In this document: positions 1 to 7,792 of the stretch, in pieces
Numbering within the stretch: the first letter of the stretch is position 1
Layout of the letters: each line of letters opens with the position of its first letter
Source: an uncultured Actinomycetes bacterium
Lineage (GTDB): Bacteria > Actinomycetota > Actinomycetes > Mycobacteriales > Nakamurellaceae
Assembly: GCA_964497705.1 (NCBI GenBank)
Contig: CAZCEH010000010.1
Coordinates: 61,757-85,756 of the forward strand
Length of the DNA stretch: 24,000 nt
Direction of reading: 5' to 3'
The notes under the pieces: generated by a model
The model's input: only the letters and a program-made list of their open reading frames with translations
Told to the model about the DNA's origin: nothing
Database searches by the model: none
Position numbers and translations under genes: made by a program

Positions 1-631
1 GGTCGACGGTGTCGTGCAGCTCGTCGGCCTCCAGCGCGAGCAACCACTCGTAGTCGCCGAGCGCGAACGCGGCGACAGTGTTGGACAGCACCTGGTCGTA
101 CTCGCGGCCCATCATGCCGTGCTCGACGAGCATGCCGCGGCGCTCGGCGTCCGGCAGCAGGTACCACTCGTAGGAACGGACGAACGGATAGACGGTGGCC
201 CATTTCCTGGCCGGCACGCCGGCCAGGAAGGCCGGGATGTGGCCCTTGTTGAATTCGGCCGGCCGGTGCAGGCCCATCGCCGCCCAGAACGGGGACAGGC
301 TGCGGCCGACGCTGGTGCGGCGCAGCGACCGAGCGGCGGCCTGCAACCGCTCGGCGGCCGGCGCGTGCCACCACACCATCAGGTCCGCGTCCGCGCGCAT
401 GCCGGAGACGTCGTAGAAGCCGCGGATGGTGACATCCGCGTCGGCCAGTTCGGAGGTGAGCGCGGTCAACTCGGCGGTGGCCTTCTCGGTGGGCGCGTCC
501 AGGTCGCCGGACCGCGCGTAGACGGCGTAGCCGGTGTACACGATCTGCTCGTTGATCTGCCGGGCCGTCGGCCGGCTCCGCGCGGGCTGCTGGACGTCGG
601 CGTCCCTGTCGTCGTTGGTCACGGCGTCCAT
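1..631 (-). CDS. hemQ: Coproheme decarboxylase / H2O2-dependent heme synthase (HemQ/ChdC). Only the N-terminal part is present; the gene runs off the left edge.
   Basis: Not in the ORF track because it is open at the window edge. My translation of the minus strand from ATG 631-629 gives MDAVTNDDRDADVQQPARSRPTARQINEQIVYTGYAVYARSGDL...RGFYDVSGMRADADLMVWWHAP...KWATVYPFVRSYEWYLLPDAERRGMLVEHGMMGREY...LGDYEWLLALEADELHDTVD. The YPFVRSYEWYLLP...MLxEHG block is typical of the chlorite-dismutase-like HemQ family. The gene lies immediately downstream of hemE-hemY, as in other actinobacteria. Its start overlaps the hemY stop by 13 nt. Confidence 0.85.
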   Translation of the reverse strand, partial: MDAVTNDDRDADVQQPARSRPTARQINEQIVYTGYAVYARSGDLDAPTEKATAELTALTSELADADVTIRGFYDVSGMRADADLMVWWHAPAAERLQAAARSLRRTSVGRSLSPFWAAMGLHRPAEFNKGHIPAFLAGVPARKWATVYPFVRSYEWYLLPDAERRGMLVEHGMMGREYDQVLSNTVAAFALGDYEWLLALEADELHDTVD

Positions 632-2082
632 CCTCTCTCACCGACACGCCGGGTCGGCGCCCCCGCCGGCGTTGAACCGGCCACATCGGCCAGACCCTGC
701 GCCTGCTGCCGGGCGTCGCCGATCACCGCGCCCAGGCCGGTGCCGGCCACCGCGGACCCGACCACGAACAGGCCGTGCCCGGCCAGGGCGGCTCGCAACG
801 TCTGCACCGCCGCCGCGTGACCCGGCCGGGGCACCGGCAGCGCCGAGTCCCAGCGCACCACCGCCGAGTCCAGCACCGACGCCGGGCGCAGCGGCACGCC
901 GAGCAGGTCGGCGGCGTCGGCGAGCGCGATGCCGGGCAGGTCGGGGTCGGCCGGGATACTCGCGGATCCGGCGCCGCGCCCGTAGGACAGCCGCAGCACG
1001 TGGCGGCCTGGCCCGGCGGCCCGGGCCAGCCACGGCCACTTGACGGTGGCGTGGGTGAGCGCCTTGGCCCGCGGGCCGCCGGCCCGGGCCGCCACCAGCA
1101 CGCCGGTGCCGCGCGGCGCGGCGTCCAGCCGGGCATCCGCCAGCGCCAGGGTGACCAGGGCGACCGGGCTGACCGGTTCACCCAGCACGTCGGCCTGGAG
1201 GGCCGGCAATGCCGCCGCCAGCAGCGCCCGCGCCTGCTGCGCGGGTAGGGCAAGCACCACCCGCCGCGCGGCCAGCTGGCCGCCGGGAACCTCGACCAGC
1301 CACCCGCCGTCGGTGCCGGACCTGGTCAGTCCGGTCGCCCGGACCCCGCTGCGGACGTCGCCGCCGGCGGCGGTCAGCGCGGCGAGCAGCGCGGGCAGCA
1401 GCGTGTGCAGGCCGCCGGTCAGCGACGCCACCGCCGACCCTGGACGACCGCCGGCGCCGCGCAGCCGCCGCGCCGCCGCGGCCAGCGAACCGCTCTCGGT
1501 CAGCGCGGTGGGCAGGCCCGGCGCGACCGTGCCGACGTCCAGGCCGTCCGGGTGGGCCGCGTACACGCCGCCGGCGACCGGCTCCACCAGGCGTTCGAGC
1601 ACCCGGGTGCCCATCCTGGTCCGCACCATCGCGCCCAGCGACCCGCCCGCACCGGTCCGGGCGGGCAGCAACCGGTCGACGCCGGCCCGGACCGCGCCGG
1701 GCAGTCCGATCACCCGCCGCACGTCCGCGGCCCACGGGTGCCCGGGAATGCCCAGGAAGGCGGTCGCCGGCAGCGGCGCGGTACCACCGGCGTGCCGGAC
1801 CCAGGCGCCGGCCGGCGCGGGGCTGCTCACCCGGTCGGTCAGGCCGAGGTCGTCGATCAGGGCGGCCGTCGCCGGCCGGGCCGTGGCGAACGACTCGGCG
1901 CCGGCGTCCAGCAGCAGGCCGCCGACGGTGTGCGCGGCCACCGCGCCCCCCGGGGCGGCACCGGCCTCCAGGACGACCGGCCGTACCCCGGCCCGGGTGA
2001 GCTCGAGGGCGGCGGCCAGGCCGCCGATGCCGCCGCCGAGCACGACCACCTCGGCGACATCCGGGTCCGTCGTCGCCGTCAT
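619..2082 (-). CDS. hemY: FAD-dependent protoporphyrinogen/coproporphyrinogen III oxidase (HemY/CgoX), 487 aa
   Basis: This is the C-terminal 487 aa of the 899-aa track ORF 619..3318. It starts MTATTDPDVAEVVVLGGGIGGLAAALELTRAG, a GxGxxG dinucleotide-binding fold, and continues LLLDAGAESF, typical of HemY. ATG 2082-2080 overlaps the hemE TGA (2081-2079) as ATGA. The upstream part of the long ORF is the wrong frame of hemE. Confidence 0.85.
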   Translation of the reverse strand: MTATTDPDVAEVVVLGGGIGGLAAALELTRAGVRPVVLEAGAAPGGAVAAHTVGGLLLDAGAESFATARPATAALIDDLGLTDRVSSPAPAGAWVRHAGGTAPLPATAFLGIPGHPWAADVRRVIGLPGAVRAGVDRLLPARTGAGGSLGAMVRTRMGTRVLERLVEPVAGGVYAAHPDGLDVGTVAPGLPTALTESGSLAAAARRLRGAGGRPGSAVASLTGGLHTLLPALLAALTAAGGDVRSGVRATGLTRSGTDGGWLVEVPGGQLAARRVVLALPAQQARALLAAALPALQADVLGEPVSPVALVTLALADARLDAAPRGTGVLVAARAGGPRAKALTHATVKWPWLARAAGPGRHVLRLSYGRGAGSASIPADPDLPGIALADAADLLGVPLRPASVLDSAVVRWDSALPVPRPGHAAAVQTLRAALAGHGLFVVGSAVAGTGLGAVIGDARQQAQGLADVAGSTPAGAPTRRVGERGWTP

Positions 2083-3197
2083 CGCCGGTCGCCGGCGGCC
2101 GCCGGGTACCCGTGCACGAAGTCGACGAGCTCGGTGAGCACGTCCGGGTCCGTGTCCGGCGGCACGCCGTGACCCAGGTTGACCACATGCCCCGGCGCGG
2201 CCGCGCCGCGCCGCAGGACGTCCGCGGTGTGCTTGTGCAAGGCGTCCCGGCCGGCGAACAGCAGCGCCGGGTCGATGTTGCCCTGCAGCGGCGTCCGGCC
2301 CGCCAGCCGTTCGCCGGCCACGTCCAGCGGCACCCGGTGATCCACCCCGATCACGTCGGCGCCCACGTCGCGCATCGCCGACAGCAACTCGCCGGTGCCG
2401 ACCCCGAAGTGCACGCGGGGCACCCCCAGGTCGGCGACGGCGGCGAACACGGCGGCCGAGTGCGGTGCCACGAACGCCTGGTAGTCGGGCCGGCTCAGCG
2501 CGCCGGCCCAGGAGTCGAACACCTGCACCGCGGACGCGCCGGCCAGCACCTGGGCGCGCAGGAACGCTCCGGTCGCCGACGCCACCCAGCTGGCCAGCGC
2601 GTGCCAGAGCGCCGGTTCGGCGTGCATCAGCGTCTTGGTGCGCCGGTGGTCCCGACTCGGGCCGCCCTCCACCAGGTACGACGCGAGGGTGAACGGTGCG
2701 CCGGCGAAGCCGATCAACGGCGTGCCGCCCAATTCGGCGGTGACCGCGGCGGCCTCCGCGATGACGGGGGCCAGGGCGTCCGGCTCCAGCGGCGGCAGGG
2801 CCAGCACGTCCGCCGCGGTCCGGATCGGCTCGGCGACCACCGGTCCGACGCCGGCCACGATCTCGACGTCCACCCCGGCCAACTTGATCGGCACCACGAT
2901 GTCGCTGAACAGGATCGCGGCGTCCACCCGGTGGCGCCGGACCGGCTGCAGCGTGATCTCGGCGGCCAACTCGGGCCGCAGGCAGGACTCGAGCATGCCG
3001 ACGCCGCGCCGCACCCGCCGGTACTCCGGCAGCGAACGCCCGGCCTGCCGCATGAACCACACCGGCCGGGACGACGGGGTCAGGCCGCGGTAGGCGACGA
3101 CCAGCGGCGCGTGGCTGGTGCGCCCGTCGGCCAGCGGATGCCCGGGCGGAAGCTCGCTGACCGCGGCCGGCCCGGGCGCGGAGGGTGTTCCGATCAT
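2079..3197 (-). CDS. hemE: Uroporphyrinogen decarboxylase
   Basis: Track ORF of 372 aa. Family hallmarks are present: RPVWFMRQAGRSLPEYR near the N-terminus, ILFSDI, FAGAPFTLASYLVEGG, QVFDSWAG and NLGHGV. The start is ATG at 3197. Confidence 0.93.
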   Translation of the reverse strand: MIGTPSAPGPAAVSELPPGHPLADGRTSHAPLVVAYRGLTPSSRPVWFMRQAGRSLPEYRRVRRGVGMLESCLRPELAAEITLQPVRRHRVDAAILFSDIVVPIKLAGVDVEIVAGVGPVVAEPIRTAADVLALPPLEPDALAPVIAEAAAVTAELGGTPLIGFAGAPFTLASYLVEGGPSRDHRRTKTLMHAEPALWHALASWVASATGAFLRAQVLAGASAVQVFDSWAGALSRPDYQAFVAPHSAAVFAAVADLGVPRVHFGVGTGELLSAMRDVGADVIGVDHRVPLDVAGERLAGRTPLQGNIDPALLFAGRDALHKHTADVLRRGAAAPGHVVNLGHGVPPDTDPDVLTELVDFVHGYPAAAGDRR

Positions 3198-3379
3198 GTC
3201 GCGTCCATCGTGTCACCCCGCCGCGCCGACCGGCCCCGCCGGCCCGCTCGCGGCTGCCCCCGACACCCCGACCCGCACCCCCGGCCGAACCGGAACCGCA
3301 GGTCAGAGGGTATGGCATCGGTCAGGTGAGGCTTGCCTTCGTACCCGGAGGTGCGGTGTCACCGGTAGCATCCGGCGTC

Positions 3380-4666
3380 ATGCTCATGGTTCTTGGCGCC
3401 AGCCATCACGACCTCGAGCTGACGCAGTTGGACCGGCTCGCCACGCACCCGACGCTGCTCAGCCGCGCCGTCGGCGACCTGACGCGACAGCCGGACGTGC
3501 CGATCGACGGTGCCGTGGTCGTCGCCACCTGCAACCGCCTGGAGATCTACCTGGATGCCGGCCGGTTCCACGACGCCATCGACGCGGTCGCCGGCCAACT
3601 CGCCCGGGTGACCGGGCTGGGCTCGGACCAGGTCAGCACGATGCTGAAGGTCCGGGTCGGCGCGCCGGCCGTCGCGCACCTGTTCACGGTTGCCTCCGGA
3701 CTGGACTCGATGGTGGTCGGCGAGGCCGAGATCGCCGGCCAGATCGCCCGCGCGCTGCGGGACGCGCAGGCGACCGGCACCGCGTCACCGGCGATCAACC
3801 AGCTGTTCCAGTGGGCCGCCCGAGTGGCCAAGCAGGTGGCCACCGAGACCGGGCTCGGCGCCGCCGGCCGGTCGGTGGCCTCCGTCGCGCTGGACATCAC
3901 CTCGGTCGGCCCGTCCGGCGCGGCGTCCGCGCTGATCATCGGCACCGGCGCCTACGCCAGGGTGGTGGCCGCCGAGTTGCGATCCCGCGACTGCGGCCGA
4001 CTGCTGGTGCACTCGCCCAGCGGCCGTGCCGAGGCGTTCGCCCAGCGGCACGGCGCGACTGCGGTGCCGGCCGACGGGCTGGTCGACGCGATGGCCGACG
4101 TCGACCTGGTGGTGGCGTGCAGCGGTCAGTCCGCCGGCATGCTCGACGAGCACATGCTCGCCGCCGCCGTCCGGCGCCGGTCGACCCCACTGCCGATCAT
4201 CGACCTGGCGCTGCATCCGCACGTCGCCGGTCCCGCCCGGTTGGTGCCGGGGGTGCGCGTGGTGGACCTGCACTCCGTGCAGCGGGAGGCCGGACCTGGG
4301 CGGTTGGAGGCCGTGGTGTCCGCCCAGGACATCGTGATCGCCGGGGTGGCGGCCTTCGAGGAGCGGATGGCGATCCGCCGGCTGGATCCGGCGGTGGTCG
4401 CGCTGCGCCAGCACGTGGCCGGCACCGTCGAGAAGGAGATGGCGCGGCTGCGCGCGAAGTACCCGGACGACGTGGCCGCGGACATGGAGCGCGCCCTACA
4501 CCGGGTGACCCAGGCGCTGCTGCACACGCCGACCCTGCGCGCCCAGGAGTTGGCCCGCAGCGGCGACGCCGCCGGCTACGTGCAGGCCCTGCACACGCTG
4601 TTCGGCATCGACATCCACGAGTCGGAGACGGCCGCGCATCCGGTGTCCGCGCTCCGCAGCAGCTGA
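3380..4666 (+). CDS. hemA: Glutamyl-tRNA reductase
   Basis: This is the internal part of track ORF 3185..4666. From ATG 3380 it reads MLMVLGASHHDLELTQLDRL...VVVATCNRLEIY (catalytic Cys motif)...SGLDSMVVGEAEIAGQ...LIIGTGAYA (NADPH site). The start could instead be ATG 3386 or GTG 3356. The upstream part of the ORF is Pro/Arg-rich and non-coding-like. Confidence 0.9.
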   Translation: MLMVLGASHHDLELTQLDRLATHPTLLSRAVGDLTRQPDVPIDGAVVVATCNRLEIYLDAGRFHDAIDAVAGQLARVTGLGSDQVSTMLKVRVGAPAVAHLFTVASGLDSMVVGEAEIAGQIARALRDAQATGTASPAINQLFQWAARVAKQVATETGLGAAGRSVASVALDITSVGPSGAASALIIGTGAYARVVAAELRSRDCGRLLVHSPSGRAEAFAQRHGATAVPADGLVDAMADVDLVVACSGQSAGMLDEHMLAAAVRRRSTPLPIIDLALHPHVAGPARLVPGVRVVDLHSVQREAGPGRLEAVVSAQDIVIAGVAAFEERMAIRRLDPAVVALRQHVAGTVEKEMARLRAKYPDDVAADMERALHRVTQALLHTPTLRAQELARSGDAAGYVQALHTLFGIDIHESETAAHPVSALRSS

Positions 4667-4696
4667 CGGGCGGTGCCGACACGCTGCCTGGATAGT

Positions 4697-4728
4697 GGGG
4701 CGGTCACACCCCGCAGGGTGACCGCCCC
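4697..4728. terminator. Perfect 11-bp stem hairpin between convergent hemA and the ThrC-family gene; candidate bidirectional terminator
   Basis: The arms ggggcggtcac (4697-4707) and gtgaccgcccc (4718-4728) are exact reverse complements with a 10-nt loop. The hairpin lies 30 nt after the hemA stop and 85 nt after the minus-strand gene's stop. There is no U-tract on either side, which is common for actinobacterial terminators. Confidence 0.5.
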
Positions 4729-4768
4729 GGCGATTCTCCCACCGACGCCGGGTTTGCGCCGCTGGTTC

Positions 4769-4824
4769 GGCCAGGTTGGTTGGGCCAGGCCGGTTGGGCC
4801 AGGCCGGTTGGGTCAGGTCAGGCC
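4769..4824. repeat. 14-bp tandem repeat: about 3 good copies plus one degenerate copy
   Basis: The units are ggccaggttggttg (4769-4782), ggccaggccggttg (4783-4796), ggccaggccggttg (4797-4810) and the degenerate ggtcaggtcaggcc (4811-4824). The last unit contains the stop codon (4813-4815) and last codons of the ThrC-family gene. Confidence 0.8.
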
Positions 4825-6111
4825 GGCGGCCTCGAAGGCGCCGAGGCTGGGTTTGATGGTGGCGGTCGGCCCGACCTCGCCGGCGATCGCGTCCAGGGTC
4901 TTCAGTCCGTCGCCGGTGTTGAACACGACGGTCTCCGCCTCCGGGTCGAGCTGGCCGGTGGCCAGCAGCTTGCGCAGCGTCGCGACGGTGACACCGCCCG
5001 CGGTCTCGCCGAAGATGCCCTCGGTGCGGGCCAGCAGCTTGATGCCGTCGATGACCTCCTCGTCGCTGACGTCCTCGATCGCGCCGCCGGTGCGCCTGGT
5101 CACGTCCAGCACGTAGGGCCCGTCCGCCGGGTTGCCGATCGCCAGCGACTTGGCGACGGTGTCGGGCCGGACCGGCTTGACGACGTCCCAGCCCTTCTTG
5201 AAGGCCTCGGACACCGGGGAGCAGCCGGTCGCCTGCGCACCGAACACCCGGTACGGCGCGGCGTCGACCAGCCCCAGCTCGATCAGCTCGGTGAAACCCT
5301 TGTCCACCTTCACCAACTGGGCACCGGAGGCGATCGGGATGACCACCTGCTGCGGCAACCGCCAGCCCAGTTGCTCGGCGACCTCGAAGCCGAGGGTCTT
5401 GGACCCCTCCGCGTAGTACGGGCGGACATTGACGTTGACGAACGCCCAGTCCTCCTGCTCGGCGGCAATCTCCCCGGCCAGCCGGTTGATGTCGTCGTAG
5501 GTGCCGTCGACCGCGACCAGGGTGCCGCCGTACGCGGCGGTCGTCAGGATCTTCTGCTGCTCCAGGTTGCTCGGGATCATCACCACGGAGCGGATTCCCG
5601 CGCGAGCCGCCGCGGCGGCCACCGCGTTGGCCAGGTTGCCGGTGCTCGGGCAGGCCAGAACGGTGAAGCCGAGCTCCTGGGCGGCGGCCAGCGCGACCGC
5701 GACGACCCGGTCCTTGAACGAGTGCGTGGGGTTGCCCGAGTCGTCCTTGACCCACAGTCGCTTCATGCCGAGCTCGCGCGCCAGATTGTCGGCGCGGACC
5801 AGCTTGGTGTTGCCCGGATTCATGTTCCGGGTCTGCGCCACGTTGCCGGGCACGGGCAGCAGCGGCGCGAACCGCCAGATGTTCGACGGGCCGGCTTCGA
5901 TCCGCTGCCGGAGGGCGTCACCGCGGAGAGCGAACTCGTAGGCGACCTCGAGCGGACCGAAGCACTCGGTACACGCGTAGAACGGGCCGAGGTCGATGCG
6001 GTTGCCGCACTCGCGACAGGACAGCGCGACGGCCGGTCCGAGGTCGATCGACGAACCCTCGGCGCGCGCGGTGGGGCCGGCGGACTCCGGGGTGGACAGC
6101 ACAGACGTCAT
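4813..6111 (-). CDS. PLP-dependent threonine-synthase-family enzyme with an N-terminal zinc ribbon, 432 aa; physiological role uncertain (see findings)
   Basis: Track ORF 4813..6162. It has a CxxC...CxxC ribbon (CRECGNRIDLGPFYACTEC), the PLP-lysine motif PTHSFKDR, and STGNLANAVAAAAA and GxxxxG blocks typical of ThrC/TrpB-fold enzymes. I place the start at ATG 6111 (MTSVLSTPES) because AGAAAGG lies 7 nt upstream. The longer start at 6162 would fall inside the riboswitch aptamer. Confidence 0.9.
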   Translation of the reverse strand: MTSVLSTPESAGPTARAEGSSIDLGPAVALSCRECGNRIDLGPFYACTECFGPLEVAYEFALRGDALRQRIEAGPSNIWRFAPLLPVPGNVAQTRNMNPGNTKLVRADNLARELGMKRLWVKDDSGNPTHSFKDRVVAVALAAAQELGFTVLACPSTGNLANAVAAAAARAGIRSVVMIPSNLEQQKILTTAAYGGTLVAVDGTYDDINRLAGEIAAEQEDWAFVNVNVRPYYAEGSKTLGFEVAEQLGWRLPQQVVIPIASGAQLVKVDKGFTELIELGLVDAAPYRVFGAQATGCSPVSEAFKKGWDVVKPVRPDTVAKSLAIGNPADGPYVLDVTRRTGGAIEDVSDEEVIDGIKLLARTEGIFGETAGGVTVATLRKLLATGQLDPEAETVVFNTGDGLKTLDAIAGEVGPTATIKPSLGAFEAAGLT

Positions 6112-6124
6112 GACGAGGCCTTTC

Positions 6125-6283
6125 TGCTCATCTTCCCCGCCGGGGCGGGACGGAAGTGGCACCTGCTGTCGATCGGCCTCAGTGAAGGGATCCGGGCGGA
6201 TCCGGCCTCATGAGAAAATGATCATCGGCAGTGGTTGCCGGGGCTTCATCGGGCCGTGTCCCTCTGCCCCTCTGGATGAGTGG
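6125..6283 (-). promoter_or_regulatory. SAM-I (S-box) riboswitch in the 5' leader of the ThrC-family gene
   Basis: The minus-strand RNA reads A-CUCAUC-CAGAG-GGGCAGAGGGACACGGCCCGAUGAAGCCCC-GGCAACC-[about 85-nt P3 insert]-GGUGCCACUUCC-GUCCCGCCCCGGCGGGG-AAGAUGAG. This matches the S-box consensus almost block for block: P1 CUYAUC/GAUGAG, AGAG, GAGGGA, GGCCCGAUGAA (k-turn), GGCAACC, GGUGCCAAUUCC, a P4 hairpin and AAGAUGAG. The Shine-Dalgarno AGAAAGG starts 3 nt after the P1 3' strand. Confidence 0.85.
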
Positions 6284-6424
6284 GTTATTCGGTTGTCGGG
6301 CCATCGTAACGTATGGCCTCGGCCGGGCGAGAGCGTCGGCTCACGGGTCCAGCTCGCCGGCCGACCTGTCGCCGCCAGCGCCGGACCGGTGGCTCGTGGG
6401 GACGTGTCGGACCCCCCTGGCACC

Positions 6425-7414
6425 ATGTCGCACATGGCAGAGACGGAGCGGGGGACCGGCGGCCTGACCCCGCTGACGCTGGTGACCGGCGACGAGCCGC
6501 TGCTGGTCGATCGCGCAATCGCCCGCGCGGTGGCCGCCGCCCGACGGGCCGACCCGGGGGTCGAACGCCGGGACGCGGCCGCGGCGGGCCTCACTGCCGG
6601 CGAGTTCTCCGATCTCGTCGCGCCCAGCCTGTTCGCCGAGCCCCGGTTGGTGATCGTGCGCGGCGTGCAGGACGCGTCGAAGGAGCTCGCGGCCGCGCTC
6701 ACCGGCTACGCCGCCGATCCGGTGGACGCCGTCTGGCTGGTCGCGCAGCACGGTGGCGGGGCGCGGAACAAGGCGCTGGTCGACGCGCTGACCAAGGCGG
6801 GGGCCACGGTGATCACCGGCAACAAGATCACCCGGTTGAACGAGCGGATCGACTTCGTGCGGGCCGAGATCCGGCGGGCGGGCGGCAGCACCGATCCGGC
6901 GGCGGTGACGGCGCTGGTCGAGGCGGTCGGGTCGGACCTGCGCGAGTTGGCGTCCGCGGCCGATCAGCTGGTCGCCGACACCGGTGGCACGGTCGACGTG
7001 CGGGCGGTGAAGAGGTACCACCGTGGCCGGGCCGAGGTGAGCGGGTTCACCGTCTCGGACGCGGTGATGTCCGGTGACCTGGCGGCGGCGTTGGAATCGC
7101 TGCGGTGGGCGCTGCAGGTCGGGGTGGCGCCGGTGCTCATCGCCGACGCCATGGCGGACGGAGTCCGCACGGTGGCCAGGGTGAGCGCCGCCAAGGGCGG
7201 CAATTCCTACTCGGTGGCGGCGGCGTTGGGCATGCCGCCGTGGAAGGTGGACCGGGCCAGGGGCATGGCGCGCGGCTGGTCCGCCGACGGCCTGGCCGGT
7301 GGGATGGCGATCGTGTCCGAGCTCAACGCCGCGGTCAAGGGCGTCGCCGCCGACCCCGAATACGCCCTGGAGAAGGCGGTGATCGATCTGGTGGCCGCCC
7401 GCGGGCGCAGGTGA
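6425..7414 (+). CDS. holA: DNA polymerase III delta subunit
   Basis: This is the internal part of track ORF 5996..7414. From ATG 6425 it reads MSHMAETERGTGGLTPLTLVTGDEPLLVDRAIARAV..., the typical HolA N-terminus, and gives 329 aa. It is convergent with rpsT, as in mycobacteria. The start could instead be ATG 6434. Confidence 0.8.
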   Translation: MSHMAETERGTGGLTPLTLVTGDEPLLVDRAIARAVAAARRADPGVERRDAAAAGLTAGEFSDLVAPSLFAEPRLVIVRGVQDASKELAAALTGYAADPVDAVWLVAQHGGGARNKALVDALTKAGATVITGNKITRLNERIDFVRAEIRRAGGSTDPAAVTALVEAVGSDLRELASAADQLVADTGGTVDVRAVKRYHRGRAEVSGFTVSDAVMSGDLAAALESLRWALQVGVAPVLIADAMADGVRTVARVSAAKGGNSYSVAAALGMPPWKVDRARGMARGWSADGLAGGMAIVSELNAAVKGVAADPEYALEKAVIDLVAARGRR

Positions 7415-7429
7415 CGCGCGACGCGGTCG

Positions 7430-7690
7430 TCAGAGCTGGTTGACCAGGTGGGTCAGCGCCGACTTGCGGTTCGCCGCCTGGTTGGCGTGGATGATGCCCT
7501 TGGACGCGGCCTTGTCCAGGCTGCGCGAAGCGGCCTGCAGTTCCACCTGGGCGGTGGCCTTGTCGCCGGCCTCGGCGGCCGCCCGCACCTTGCGCACCGC
7601 AGTCTTCAGCGAGGACTTCACCGACTTGTTGCGCAGGCGCGCAATCTCGTTGGTGCGGTTGCGCTTGATCTGGGACTTGATATTGGCCAC
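7430..7690 (-). CDS. rpsT: 30S ribosomal protein S20
   Basis: [34 protein letters not shown]... is the canonical S20 sequence. The start is GTG 7690, with GAAGG about 9 nt upstream. The track ORF extends 16 codons further upstream, and that extension is not S20-like. Confidence 0.93.
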   Translation of the reverse strand: MANIKSQIKRNRTNEIARLRNKSVKSSLKTAVRKVRAAAEAGDKATAQVELQAASRSLDKAASKGIIHANQAANRKSALTHLVNQL

Positions 7691-7792
7691 GCCGGAATGC
7701 CTTCGTTTCGTCGTCGGGGTGATCGGCCGCGACAACATCGGTCATCGACGCCGGCCGGTCGGTGCGCCGCCGTCGGGCACACACGGCCGTCA

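Noticed and set aside
14-820. 268-aa plus-strand ORF at the left edge
   Set aside because: It is antisense to the hemQ and hemY frames, which translate into recognisable family sequences. This ORF has no motifs and off-frame composition.
619-3318. 899-aa minus-strand ORF spanning hemY and hemE
   Set aside because: Only its last 487 aa (from MTATTDPDV at 2082) look like a real protein, HemY. The upstream 412 aa are Arg/Gly/Pro-rich low-complexity sequence read from the wrong frame of hemE, which has its own well-supported frame at 2079..3197. This is a typical long open frame in high-GC DNA.
3366-3380. TAGCAT -10-like hexamer 8 nt before the hemA ATG, suggesting a leaderless hemA mRNA
   Set aside because: The spacing is slightly long for a leaderless start, there is no convincing -35 element, and the true start codon (3356, 3380 or 3386) is itself uncertain. 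This is not supportable without TSS data.
4496-5755. 419-aa minus-strand ORF and 477-aa plus-strand ORF (4780..6213) over the ThrC-family gene
   Set aside because: These are alternative frames of the same DNA. The 4813..6111 frame carries the PLP-lysine motif and zinc ribbon, while these frames are Arg/Gly-rich with no motifs.
6112-6162. Longer N-terminus (MPLPSRPGGEDEQKGLV) for the ThrC-family gene
   Set aside because: The extension would place the start codon inside the riboswitch P4/P1 region. ATG 6111 has a proper AGAAAGG Shine-Dalgarno, and family members start close to the zinc ribbon.
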